A DNA stretch of 64,000 bases from Specibacter sp. (GTDB lineage Bacteria > Actinomycetota > Actinomycetes > Actinomycetales > Micrococcaceae): positions 30,152 to 94,151 of the forward strand of contig JBKKBD010000212.1 in the NCBI GenBank assembly GCA_046714315.1, read 5' to 3'. Under the pieces are notes generated by a model that saw only the letters and a list, made by a program, of their open reading frames with translations, did not search any database and was not told where the DNA came from. Positions 36,036-45,565 of the stretch are shown here, one piece after another (the first letter of the stretch is position 1; each line of letters starts with the position of its first letter). Made by a program: the position numbers and the translations under genes.

Positions 36036-36413
36036 ATGCCCCTCTCTGAACATGAGCAGAGACTGTTGGACCAGTTGGAACAACAGCTGCATGCTGAAGA
36101 TCCGAAATTTGCCAACGCCCTGTCATCGGATTCAACGCGCTCAATGTCGATGCGCAACGTTGTCATCGGCGTGCTCGTCGTGATCGTCGGATTGCTGGTC
36201 GTCCTTGGCGGCGTAGCCTCGCATTTGATCATTGTGGGGATTCTCGGATTCCTGATCATGGGCGGCGGCGTATACCTGGCACTTTCCAAAGCGAAGTTCG
36301 CGCCGGATCAGCAAGGCGCCAACAACACCGGTGGAAAGAGCGGAGCCAAGCAAAAGAGCGGCTTCATGAACGGGCTCGAGGAAAAGTGGGAAGAGCGGCG
36401 CCGCCAACAATAG
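36036..36413 (+). CDS. DUF3040 membrane protein
   Basis: MPLSEHEQRLLDQLEQQL..EDPKFA, 2 TM, FMNGLEEKWEERR; typical position upstream of mraZ. Confidence 0.9.
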   Translation: MPLSEHEQRLLDQLEQQLHAEDPKFANALSSDSTRSMSMRNVVIGVLVVIVGLLVVLGGVASHLIIVGILGFLIMGGGVYLALSKAKFAPDQQGANNTGGKSGAKQKSGFMNGLEEKWEERRRQQ

Positions 36414-36494
36414 GCGTCATGATCTCCTCGTCACCTCCCTGACGGAAGTCTGCGGCCCGGCCCGCGCCTCTGGCAAGCCGCACGCAAGACAATC

Positions 36495-36516
36495 AAGGCC
36501 CTACGGGGCCTTTTTT
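36495..36516 (+). terminator. Intrinsic terminator
   Basis: AAGGCCC-TACG-GGGCCTT followed by TTTT. Confidence 0.75.
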
Positions 36517-36775
36517 GTTTTAAATGGCACTAACGAGGGACCTCTTGCGCAAAGTTTCCTGTGAATCTGGCCGCATTCGGTGGCCATGCCCCGTTCCTCC
36601 ACTTTGCACCACCAGGCGCCTCAACCAGGCGAATTTGCGCCTCAAAAGGCGAAATTACGGGGGTAGGTACACACTGCGTGGTAGTCGCCCCGTTTTTCCC
36701 TCCACCACACACCCCGCAGATAATCCTTGAAACCGCGCGGAATATTAATCCGACCCGTGGTCAACACGCCCTAAA

Positions 36776-36813
36776 GTGGAGTTGACGGTGGAGGATTGTG
36801 GAGTAATGTGGAG
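36776..36813 (+). promoter_or_regulatory. MraZ operator (4x GTGGAG) overlapping the dcw promoter
   Basis: GTGGAG at 36776, 36788, 36798, 36808 (last three at 10-bp period); TTGACG (36782)-16 nt-TAATGT (36804). Confidence 0.82.
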
Positions 36814-36863
36814 CACGTAAGAGGGGATCGGGGTTGGGCTCTCAACAATGAAGGCGGTGGACG

Positions 36864-37295
36864 TTGTTTCTCGGAACACATTCGCCGCGTCTTGATGAAA
36901 AGGGCCGAATCATCCTTCCCGCAAAGTTCCGGGAGGAACTTGCCAGCGGACTTGTCCTGACCAAGGGACAGGAAAACTGCATTTACGTCTTCAGCGCAAG
37001 GGAGTTCGAAAAGGTCTTGGCCCAAATGCAGGACGCTCCACTGTCCAACATGGCGGCACGTGACTACATTCGAATCTTTCTCTCCGGAGCTTCTGACGAA
37101 GTGCCTGACAAGCAAGGGCGGGTGACCATTCCGGCCACCCTTCGTTCGTACGCAGGTCTCGAGAAGGAACTGGTGGTCATTGGCGCCGGCAGCCGGGCAG
37201 AGATTTGGGATTCACACGCTTGGCACGAGTACCTGAGCGCCAAGGAGAAGACTTTCGCAGCAACCGACGAACTCGCCATCCCAGGAATTAGCTAG
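36864..37295 (+). CDS. mraZ: Division/cell-wall cluster repressor MraZ
   Basis: [34 protein letters not shown]. Confidence 0.96.
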   Translation: MFLGTHSPRLDEKGRIILPAKFREELASGLVLTKGQENCIYVFSAREFEKVLAQMQDAPLSNMAARDYIRIFLSGASDEVPDKQGRVTIPATLRSYAGLEKELVVIGAGSRAEIWDSHAWHEYLSAKEKTFAATDELAIPGIS

Positions 37296-37352
37296 TTGAA
37301 TTCGTCAAAAAGCAGCGTCAACAAACAGCAGTAACACCGCGTTCGCCGGTGG

Positions 37353-37455
37353 TCTTGAATGAGATCTCCAGCCGCCCAGCACGGACTTTTCCTGGCTCAC
37401 CTTCCCCGGAGCCAGGCACGGTACGGCTTGGCGCGGAGGGGGATCTGGTTCAAGA
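37353..37455 (+). ncRNA. mraW RNA motif (actinobacterial structured RNA)
   Basis: Long hairpin TCTTGAA..AGATC..CCTGGCTC-ACCTTCCCCG-GAGCCAGG..GATCT..TTCAAGA with the CUUCCCC loop, upstream of rsmH (mraW). Confidence 0.8.
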
Positions 37456-37589
37456 GCACACTCCGCAATGGTGCGGACGGACCAACGCAGTACCCAGCGC
37501 CACAGCAAGATTTTTATTTGTCAGTTTGCATTGCCACGGGGGGATTGAATGCCCCTTACCGGTTTTGACCGAAGAGAAACGGAGTCGTG

Positions 37590-38588
37590 ATGACGTCGGA
37601 TACCCCCACGCCACCAACGTCCGAACGCCACACTCCAGTTCTGAAAGACCGCTGCATCAACCTCTTGGCTCCTGCCTTTGAGATCGCCCGGGCAGCCGGT
37701 CGCACCCCCATCGTCATTGATGCCACGCTGGGCATGGGCGGGCACAGCGAAGCAATGCTGCAGCGCTACCCGGATCTGCACCTGATCGGGATCGACCGAG
37801 ACACCGAAGCACTTGGCCTGGCCGGTGAACGTCTGGCACCATTTACGGACCGCACCGACCTTGTTCACGCAGTCTACGACGAAATTGCTGACGTCCTTGA
37901 GGATCTTGGCATCCCAGCCATCGACGGAATCCTGATGGATCTGGGCGTTTCCTCACTGCAGCTCGATGAGCGCGATCGCGGCTTCGCCTATTCCTTTGAT
38001 GCGCCGCTGGACATGCGCATGGACACAAGCCGTGGGCAGACAGCGGCCGACGTCATCAACACTTACTCGGAAGAGGATCTGGTCCGGATCATCCGCAAGT
38101 GGGGCGAAGAGAAGTTCGCCGGGCGCATCGCCAACCATATTGTGGCCGCACGCGACAAGGCGCCACTGACCCGCACCGGTGAACTCGTAGATATCATCCG
38201 CAACGTTGTCCCCTCGGGCGCAGCCCGAACGGGTGGACATCCCGCCAAGCGAACGTTCCAGGCCCTGCGCATCGAGGTCAATGAGGAACTGAGTGTGCTG
38301 GAAACGGCCATTCCGGCCGCTGTCGATGCGCTGGTTCTGCACGGCCGGGCCGTTGTCATGTCCTACCACTCCTTGGAAGACAAGATTGTCAAGGCTGTCT
38401 TTGCGGCCGGATCGCAGTCCTCGGCCCCCGCCGGATTCCCGGTTGAGCTTGAAGAACACAAGGCAACTCTGAAACGCCTGACTAAGGGCACGGAGATACC
38501 CACAGAAGAAGAGATAGCAGAGAATCCAAGAGCGGCCTCGGCGCGCTTGCGAGCAGTGGAAAAGATCAGGGTCAGGAGTGCCAAATGA
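37590..38588 (+). CDS. rsmH: 16S rRNA m4C1402 methyltransferase
   Basis: [44 protein letters not shown]. Confidence 0.96.
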   Translation: MTSDTPTPPTSERHTPVLKDRCINLLAPAFEIARAAGRTPIVIDATLGMGGHSEAMLQRYPDLHLIGIDRDTEALGLAGERLAPFTDRTDLVHAVYDEIADVLEDLGIPAIDGILMDLGVSSLQLDERDRGFAYSFDAPLDMRMDTSRGQTAADVINTYSEEDLVRIIRKWGEEKFAGRIANHIVAARDKAPLTRTGELVDIIRNVVPSGAARTGGHPAKRTFQALRIEVNEELSVLETAIPAAVDALVLHGRAVVMSYHSLEDKIVKAVFAAGSQSSAPAGFPVELEEHKATLKRLTKGTEIPTEEEIAENPRAASARLRAVEKIRVRSAK

Positions 38589-39274
38589 GCCAGCAAGCAG
38601 CACGCATTATCCCGGTGACCACGGGCAATAACGCCCGATCCCTGCGTGCTTCCTTGGCCGATCCCCGAATCGCCCGCCCCGCCCCGGCCCCTGAGAAGTC
38701 CAAGAAGTCCCGCGCGCCGCTGTCCTTGGTGGTATCCGCTCCCAAGCGCAGCTCAAGGTCTCTGATGGTCATCTTGTTTGCGGTGGTTGTAACGGCCATG
38801 GCCGTTGTGCTGGTCATGAGCATCTCGGTCTCCAAGGGGCAGTATGAACTCGTGGGCCTGAAGAGTCAGCAATCAGACTTGTACAAGGTGAACCAATCAC
38901 TCGAGCAGGACATTGCGGCCAAGGCGGCTCCTCAGGAACTGGTGGCCCAGGCTGCGGCTCTGGGTATGGTGCCGGCAACAACAACGGGCCAGATTGATGT
39001 GCGCACCAAGCAGGTCAGTGGTTCGCCCGAGCCGGCTTCAGCAGATGCCAAGGGGCTGGCGGTCATCCCTCCCGCCCTGATCGACACCCCCGCAGTTCCC
39101 GTTGCAGAGGAGGCCGCCGAGCCGCTGAGTCCTGCCGCAAAGGAAACTAAGGCAAGCGACGATCCATCCGCGGCCGAGAAAGCTGTGGCAGCGCCTGCAG
39201 CCGCTCCTGCGGCTGCTGTGACACCCGATCTTAACGGCGGCACCATCCCGGCTCCGCTCGAGAAGGGCGACTAG
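38585..39274 (+). CDS. FtsL-like cell division protein
   Basis: Basic N-terminus, single TM, coiled coil, located between rsmH and ftsI. Confidence 0.7.
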   Translation: MSQQAARIIPVTTGNNARSLRASLADPRIARPAPAPEKSKKSRAPLSLVVSAPKRSSRSLMVILFAVVVTAMAVVLVMSISVSKGQYELVGLKSQQSDLYKVNQSLEQDIAAKAAPQELVAQAAALGMVPATTTGQIDVRTKQVSGSPEPASADAKGLAVIPPALIDTPAVPVAEEAAEPLSPAAKETKASDDPSAAEKAVAAPAAAPAAAVTPDLNGGTIPAPLEKGD

Positions 39275-39338
39275 GGTTTAACCACAGTCATCATCACAAG
39301 AGACGGCATCGCCGCTCTCACAGCAAACAGCGCAAGGA

Positions 39339-41168
39339 ATGGCAGCAGTGGCACAGAATCCCACCCAGTCGGCACGTGGTGCAAGTGCACAACAGCTCAA
39401 CAAAGTTGGCCGCGGACGGATGCGCGCCGGCTTTGTTTTGATGATGGTCTTCCTGCTGCTCATTGCTGGCAGGCTCATCATGGTGCAGGGACTCGATGTT
39501 GGCAACATGGCGCAGGCCGCCGAGAACCAGCGCACGGTAGTCCAGACACTGCCGGCCGTTCGCGGCAAGATCATTGACGCCAAAGGCAACGTTTTGGCCG
39601 AAAGCATCATCCGCTACGACATCACCGTGGCCCAAAACAACCTTGCCGAAGTTGAGGACTACGAGCGCCGCGAAGTAAATCCGGATACCGGCAAGGTCAC
39701 CAAAACCGTTCTCACCAAGGACGAGGGCCTGGCCCAGTTGGCCAAGGTTTTGGGTCTGAGTTTCGAGGCTGTCAAGAAGAGCGCCACGGGTACGGCAAAC
39801 TTCAACTACATCGCCAGGGATGTGAGCCCCTTGGTTGAGAAGAAGGTGGCCGAACTTGGCATTCCGGGCATCTATCCACAAACAATAACCAAGCGTGTGT
39901 ACCCCATGGGCGCCGTGGGTGGCCCCATTGTAGGCTTCCTCGACTCCGACGGAAACCCACTGGCCGGTATTGAGCAGACCATGAATAAGCAGCTCACCGG
40001 AGCCGACGGCAAGCGTACCTTTCAGGCTGGCAAGAACGGCATCATCATTCCTACTGCGCCCGTTCGCACCGAACCTGCAGTTGACGGCCAGACGGTCAAG
40101 CTCACGATTGATCAGGATATTCAGTACTACGCCCAGCAAGCCGCACAGCAGCAGAAGAAACAGTACAGTGCCGAATGGGCCAGCATTTCCGTCATTGAAG
40201 TCAAGACCGGAAAGGTGATTGCGCTGGCCGACAGTGATTCCTACGATCCCAATGACGTGGGTGCTTCACAGGAAGCCAACATCGGTTCGCGGACGGTCAG
40301 CTCCGTGGTGGAGCCAGGTTCAACAAGCAAGATCATGACTGCCGCGGCGTTGGTCCAGGAAGGCCTCGCAACGCCCATGAGCCAGTATCTGGTTCCGCCC
40401 ACACTAACGATCGACGGGCAGACGTTCTCCGACGCCTTCGAGCACGGCACGGAAAAGCGCACCTTGGCCGGCATCATTGCTGACTCCATGAACACAGGTA
40501 CCGTCATGGCCGGCTCCAAGCTGAGCCTTAAACAGCGTTATGACTACATGCGTAAGTTTGGTGTTGGTGAGAAAACCGGCATCCCACTCCCGGGCGAGAG
40601 CCCCGGTATTTTGGCGAACTGGCAGAACTGGGATGGTCGCCAACAGTACACCGTGCTGTTCGGCCAGGGCGTAGCCCAAACTCCCCTCCAGACAACCATG
40701 ATCTTCCAGACCATCGCCAACAACGGCGTGCGGCTTAAACCGGCCCTCATCGATTCATTCACTCATGCCGATGGCACAGTAGATACCGTTCCCCAAGCCG
40801 CCGGTGTGGACGTTGTCAGTCCGGAAACGGCGAAGGCGGCGCGGGACATGCTTGAAGGCGTCGTGACCATGACCGACTACAAGGTTGTCAACATCCCCGG
40901 GTACCGGACAGGTGGAAAGACCGGAACTGCCGAGGCCCCCGCCGACAACGGTGTGGGTTTCAATGGCTACACGGCCTCCTTCATCGGCATGGCCCCCATG
41001 GAGGATCCCAGATATGTGGTGGGCATTACCGTTCAACGGCCGCAGGGTGACATCTACGGCGTCACGCAGGGGTATACCTTTAATCAGGTGATGGGACAGG
41101 TGCTGCGCAGCTACGATGTGCCGCCGTCCACCACACCTCCGGTCAAGTTGCCGAAGTTCTACGAGTAA
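39339..41168 (+). CDS. ftsI: Septal peptidoglycan transpeptidase (PBP3)
   Basis: RGKIID, EPGSTSK (SxxK), SMN (SxN), KTGTAE. Confidence 0.93.
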   Translation: MAAVAQNPTQSARGASAQQLNKVGRGRMRAGFVLMMVFLLLIAGRLIMVQGLDVGNMAQAAENQRTVVQTLPAVRGKIIDAKGNVLAESIIRYDITVAQNNLAEVEDYERREVNPDTGKVTKTVLTKDEGLAQLAKVLGLSFEAVKKSATGTANFNYIARDVSPLVEKKVAELGIPGIYPQTITKRVYPMGAVGGPIVGFLDSDGNPLAGIEQTMNKQLTGADGKRTFQAGKNGIIIPTAPVRTEPAVDGQTVKLTIDQDIQYYAQQAAQQQKKQYSAEWASISVIEVKTGKVIALADSDSYDPNDVGASQEANIGSRTVSSVVEPGSTSKIMTAAALVQEGLATPMSQYLVPPTLTIDGQTFSDAFEHGTEKRTLAGIIADSMNTGTVMAGSKLSLKQRYDYMRKFGVGEKTGIPLPGESPGILANWQNWDGRQQYTVLFGQGVAQTPLQTTMIFQTIANNGVRLKPALIDSFTHADGTVDTVPQAAGVDVVSPETAKAARDMLEGVVTMTDYKVVNIPGYRTGGKTGTAEAPADNGVGFNGYTASFIGMAPMEDPRYVVGITVQRPQGDIYGVTQGYTFNQVMGQVLRSYDVPPSTTPPVKLPKFYE

Positions 41169-41194
41169 CCCGGAACAATCGGAGACGATTACCA

Positions 41195-42946
41195 GTGAAA
41201 GAAAAGGATTCTGTTCAAGTGCCTGTGAATAATTCACCTGCCCCGCTGCGTCCACACCACCACCGTGGTGCGGATCTGGCGGAGCTGGCCACCCTGCTCG
41301 GGGCCGCCATGAGCCATCCGCAGGGCAGCGCCGCTCCGGTCCACGTCAGTGGTGTCAGCCTGGATTCCCGGTCCATTTGTCCGGGAGACCTTTACGTTGC
41401 CCTCCCCGGTGCCCGGGCGCACGGTGCCCAGTTTGCCGGGCAGGCCATTGCGGCAGGTGCCATTGCGATCCTCACGGACGACGCCGGAACCCGGCTTTTG
41501 GGCGCACGCCCAGCTATTCCCGTGCTGACCGTCTCTGATGCCCGTGCTGTAACAGGGCCGGCCGCGGCCATGGTTTACGGCACCTCCGCTGAACCGGGTC
41601 ATGACGGTCGGGTCGGCAAGCAGGCCCTGGAGCTCTTTGGTGTTACCGGAACCAACGGCAAGACCACCACAACTTATTTCCTTAACTCCTTGCTGCAGGC
41701 CCTGGGAAACACGACCGGCCTCATCGGCACGATTGAAATTCTGGCCGGGTCCGAAGCGATTCCCAGCAAGTTGACCACGCCCGAGTCCACGGATGTGCAT
41801 GCCTTGTTGGCGGTCATGGCTGAAAAGGGCCTCAGTGCCGCCTCCATGGAGGTCTCATCCCATGCACTAGCGTTTGGCCGGGTGGATGCTGTGGCCTTCA
41901 ACGTGGCGGGATTCACCAACCTCACCCAGGACCACCTTGACCTCCATGGCGGCATGGAAGGGTACTTCGAGACAAAGGCGGCGCTTTTCACACCTGAGCA
42001 TGCCCATTCGGCCGTCATAACCGTTGACGATCCATGGGGCGCCCGCCTAGCGGAAAACTGCACGGTTCCTGCCGTAACTCTTTCAACCCGCCAGGTGGAA
42101 CCAAGCCAGAAGGAAAGCGGTGACCAGTATGGCGCCATGTGGCAGGTGCGCGATGTTCGCCGCGAAGGCATCGGCTCCCGATTCAGCGTGAGCGGCCCTG
42201 AAGGTGCCGTCCTTGAAGCGCACACCGGCCTCCCCGGCGACTTCAATGTCGCCAACGCGGCCCTGGCGTTGCTCATGGTGACCACGCGCCTGCTGGCGAT
42301 TGCCGCGGAGCCTGGCTCCGGCGTCGTACCTGGTTCAGGATCTTCTGCCCAGGCAGTCCTTGCCCGTATTCAGGCGGCACTTGATGCCCACGATCCGTTC
42401 ACGGTCGAGGTGCCTGGGCGCATGCAGCTAGTCGGCACGGCCCCTGTTGCGGTGGTTGATTTTGCCCACAATCCCGATGCCCTGGAAAGGGCCTTGGATG
42501 CCGTGCGGCCAACAGCCCCCGGAGCGCGCGTCATCGCCGTTTTTGGGGCCACGGGGGAGCGCGATTCGACTAAGCGGCCCATCATGGGTGCCGTCGTGGC
42601 GCAGGGTGCCGACGTTGTCATCATCACCGATGATGACCCCCACAACGAGGACCCGGCAGCCATCCGGGCCGAGGTGCTGGCTGGTGCCAACGAAGCCAAC
42701 CGCAGTGCCGGACTGGGCCGGGTCATCGAGGAATTTGACCAGCGCGCTGCCGCGATCGCCCGGGCCGTTGAATTGGCCACACCGCAGGACGTGATTTTGG
42801 TTGCAGGGCGTGGCCACGAAGTTTACCAAGAGGTCAAGGGCATCAACATTTCCCTCGACGACAGGGTCGAGTTGCGGGCGGCCCTGGCCTCCCGCGGATT
42901 CCCCTTGAGCGATACAAGCAAGATAGAGTCCTCAACTGATGATTGA
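41195..42946 (+). CDS. murE: UDP-MurNAc-dipeptide-diamino acid ligase
   Basis: GVTGTNGKTT, TTPES, MEVSSH, NLTQDHLD, DFAHNPD. Start may be 41219. Confidence 0.95.
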   Translation: MKEKDSVQVPVNNSPAPLRPHHHRGADLAELATLLGAAMSHPQGSAAPVHVSGVSLDSRSICPGDLYVALPGARAHGAQFAGQAIAAGAIAILTDDAGTRLLGARPAIPVLTVSDARAVTGPAAAMVYGTSAEPGHDGRVGKQALELFGVTGTNGKTTTTYFLNSLLQALGNTTGLIGTIEILAGSEAIPSKLTTPESTDVHALLAVMAEKGLSAASMEVSSHALAFGRVDAVAFNVAGFTNLTQDHLDLHGGMEGYFETKAALFTPEHAHSAVITVDDPWGARLAENCTVPAVTLSTRQVEPSQKESGDQYGAMWQVRDVRREGIGSRFSVSGPEGAVLEAHTGLPGDFNVANAALALLMVTTRLLAIAAEPGSGVVPGSGSSAQAVLARIQAALDAHDPFTVEVPGRMQLVGTAPVAVVDFAHNPDALERALDAVRPTAPGARVIAVFGATGERDSTKRPIMGAVVAQGADVVIITDDDPHNEDPAAIRAEVLAGANEANRSAGLGRVIEEFDQRAAAIARAVELATPQDVILVAGRGHEVYQEVKGINISLDDRVELRAALASRGFPLSDTSKIESSTDD

Positions 42947-44456
42947 TTTTTCTGCGGCCCAGATTGCCGAACTGACCGGCGGCACGTTGTCCGCCGGCAC
43001 CGACCCGGCCATGTCCATTGACGTGGCTAAAATCGCCACGGATTCCCGAGAGGTGACTCCCGGCGGAATGTATGTGGCGAAAGCCGGTGAAAACGCAGAC
43101 GGCCATGATTTCATGGCTGCCGCCTTCCGCGCCGGTGCCGTGTTGGCCCTGTCCGAGCGGGATATTCCCGCGGACGACGCCGGAACTCCCTTCCCGGCTG
43201 TCATCGTCACCGACGCGGTGCTGGCCATGGGGACGCTGGCGGCCGAGGTTGTGCGCCGCATTCGCGCGCATTCCCAACTCACGGTCATTGGCATTACGGG
43301 CTCCGCCGGCAAGACCACCACGAAGGATCTCTTGGGCGGCATCCTGTCCCCGCTGGGCGCCACGGTGGCCCCGGTTGGTTCGTACAACGGTGAAGTTGGC
43401 GTGCCGCTGACGGTTTTCCGCGCCGATGAAGACACGCGCTATCTCATTATTGAAATGGGTGCCACCAAGATTGGCCACATTGCTTACTTGAGCTCCATGG
43501 TCCAGCCGGATCTTGGCGTCGTATTGTGCGTTGGTAGTGCGCACGCTGGCGAGTTTGGCTCCATCGAGAACATTGCCGCCGCTAAGGGTGAGCTGGTCGA
43601 GGCGCTGGCGCCGGCCGGCCGCGCACTGCTTAACTACGACGATGGTCGTGTTCGAGCCATGGCGGCGCGCTCCGGCGCCCCTGTCACTTTCTTCAGCAGC
43701 GCCGATGCGGCGGCCGATGAGTCCGGCCAGGCCTTTTTACAGGCACGCAACGTTCGAACGAACGCTGACGGGGAGCCTGAGTTTGACCTGGTATTCCCCG
43801 GCCACACCGGCGAATACCAGGTACATAGCAAGTTGCTGGGGCTTCATCACGTAGCCAACCTGCTGGCTGCCGCATCGGCAGCCCATGCGTTGGGCATTGC
43901 TCCGGAGCTCATTGTGGCTTCGCTTAACGAGCAGCGTGCTGCCAGTCGCTACAGGATGGAACGCACGGATCGCGGCGACGGCGTCACTGTTGTCAACGAT
44001 GCGTACAACGCCAACCCGGAATCCATGCGTGCGGCGCTGCGGACCTTGGCCGAGCTCGGCGGAAGTGGCGCCCGCCGAACCTGGGCCGTGCTGGGGGAGA
44101 TGCTCGAGCTCGGCGAAGATTCGGTGCTCGAACACGATGCCGTTGGGCGCGTGGCCGTCCGCCTGAACATTTCCCGCTTGCTGGTTGTTGGCGCTGGCGC
44201 CAGAGCCATGCACGTGGGTGCCGTGATGGAGGGATCGTGGGGGAATGAGTCAATGTTCCTGCCTGACGCCGAGGCCGCCTATGAAATTTTGAGCGCCGAG
44301 CTGGCGCCCGGAGATGTTGTTCTGGTCAAATCCTCCAACGGCGCTGGACTGCGCTTCTTGGGTGATCGGATAGCATTACCCACGGGGAATTACCCCATCA
44401 AGACAACCAGCACGACAACCGAGCCCACCCTAGGTGAAAGGACTGCCCAGCCGTGA
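42939..44456 (+). CDS. murF: UDP-MurNAc-tripeptide-D-Ala-D-Ala ligase
   Basis: GITGSAGKTTTKD, SYNGEVG, DAYNANPESM, GEMLELG. Confidence 0.95.
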   Translation: MIDFSAAQIAELTGGTLSAGTDPAMSIDVAKIATDSREVTPGGMYVAKAGENADGHDFMAAAFRAGAVLALSERDIPADDAGTPFPAVIVTDAVLAMGTLAAEVVRRIRAHSQLTVIGITGSAGKTTTKDLLGGILSPLGATVAPVGSYNGEVGVPLTVFRADEDTRYLIIEMGATKIGHIAYLSSMVQPDLGVVLCVGSAHAGEFGSIENIAAAKGELVEALAPAGRALLNYDDGRVRAMAARSGAPVTFFSSADAAADESGQAFLQARNVRTNADGEPEFDLVFPGHTGEYQVHSKLLGLHHVANLLAAASAAHALGIAPELIVASLNEQRAASRYRMERTDRGDGVTVVNDAYNANPESMRAALRTLAELGGSGARRTWAVLGEMLELGEDSVLEHDAVGRVAVRLNISRLLVVGAGARAMHVGAVMEGSWGNESMFLPDAEAAYEILSAELAPGDVVLVKSSNGAGLRFLGDRIALPTGNYPIKTTSTTTEPTLGERTAQP

Positions 44457-45565
44457 TCGCATTGCTCATTGGTGCAGGCTTGGCCTTGGCCTTTGCCATG
44501 GTCGGCACCCCATTGTTTATCCGTTTCCTTGTCAAGCAGGGATACGGTCAGATCATCCGTGAGGACGGTCCCACAAGCCACCAGATCAAGCGTGGGACAC
44601 CCACCATGGGTGGAACCGTGTTTGTTGGTGCCGTTGTGGCCGCCTACTTCATCACGCACCTGATCGTGTGGCTTCTCAACCCGAATTCCGCAGGGCCGAC
44701 GGCGTCGGGCCTGCTCATGATCTACCTCATGGTTGGCATGGGACTTGTTGGGTTCCTTGACGACTTTTTGAAGATCACCAAACAGCACAACACGGGACTT
44801 GACCCCAAAGGCAAGCTCATTGGCCAGGGCGTTGTGGGTATTTCCTTTGCCATCATGGCCTTGGGATTCCCTGATGAGGCCGGGCGCACCCCGGCCAGCA
44901 CACTCATCTCCTTTGCCCGCGATATTCCGGCGCTCAACCTGGCTTTTGCCGGGGCCGGACTTGGCGTGGTGTTGTTCATCTTGTGGTCCAACCTGATCAT
45001 TACTGCCGCCACGAATGGTGTAAACCTGACCGATGGCCTTGACGGCCTCGCCACGGGTGCATCGATCCTCGTCTTCGGCGCCTACACGTTGATCGGCATC
45101 TGGCAGAGCAGCCAGGCCTGTGGCTCCCACAAGGTGACCAACGAAGCGGTGTGCTATCAAGTCCGCGACCCGTTGGACCTCGCTCTCGTTGCGGCGATCA
45201 TGTTTGCGGCGCTCATCGGCTTCCTGTGGTGGAACACCTCGCCCGCAAAAATCTTCATGGGCGACACGGGCTCGCTGGCCATCGGTGGCGCCATGGCCGG
45301 GTTCGCCATTCTTTCCCGCACCGAAATTTTGCTGGCCATCATTGGCGGCCTCTTCGTTATCATCTCCCTCTCGGTCATTATTCAGGTTGGCTTCTTCAAG
45401 CTCTCAAAGGGCAAGCGCGTGTTCCTCATGGCTCCGCTGCAGCACCACTTTGAGCTGAAGGGCTGGCGTGAAGTGACAGTTGTTGTTCGCTTCTGGATCT
45501 TGGCCGGCCTCCTGGTCGCCGTTGGACTTGGAGCTTTTTATGCTGAATGGATTGTTCGCCTGTGA
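44453..45565 (+). CDS. mraY: Phospho-MurNAc-pentapeptide transferase
   Basis: KRGTPTMGG, GFLDD, NLTDGLDGL, IFMGDTGS, APLQHHFE. Confidence 0.96.
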   Translation: MIALLIGAGLALAFAMVGTPLFIRFLVKQGYGQIIREDGPTSHQIKRGTPTMGGTVFVGAVVAAYFITHLIVWLLNPNSAGPTASGLLMIYLMVGMGLVGFLDDFLKITKQHNTGLDPKGKLIGQGVVGISFAIMALGFPDEAGRTPASTLISFARDIPALNLAFAGAGLGVVLFILWSNLIITAATNGVNLTDGLDGLATGASILVFGAYTLIGIWQSSQACGSHKVTNEAVCYQVRDPLDLALVAAIMFAALIGFLWWNTSPAKIFMGDTGSLAIGGAMAGFAILSRTEILLAIIGGLFVIISLSVIIQVGFFKLSKGKRVFLMAPLQHHFELKGWREVTVVVRFWILAGLLVAVGLGAFYAEWIVRL

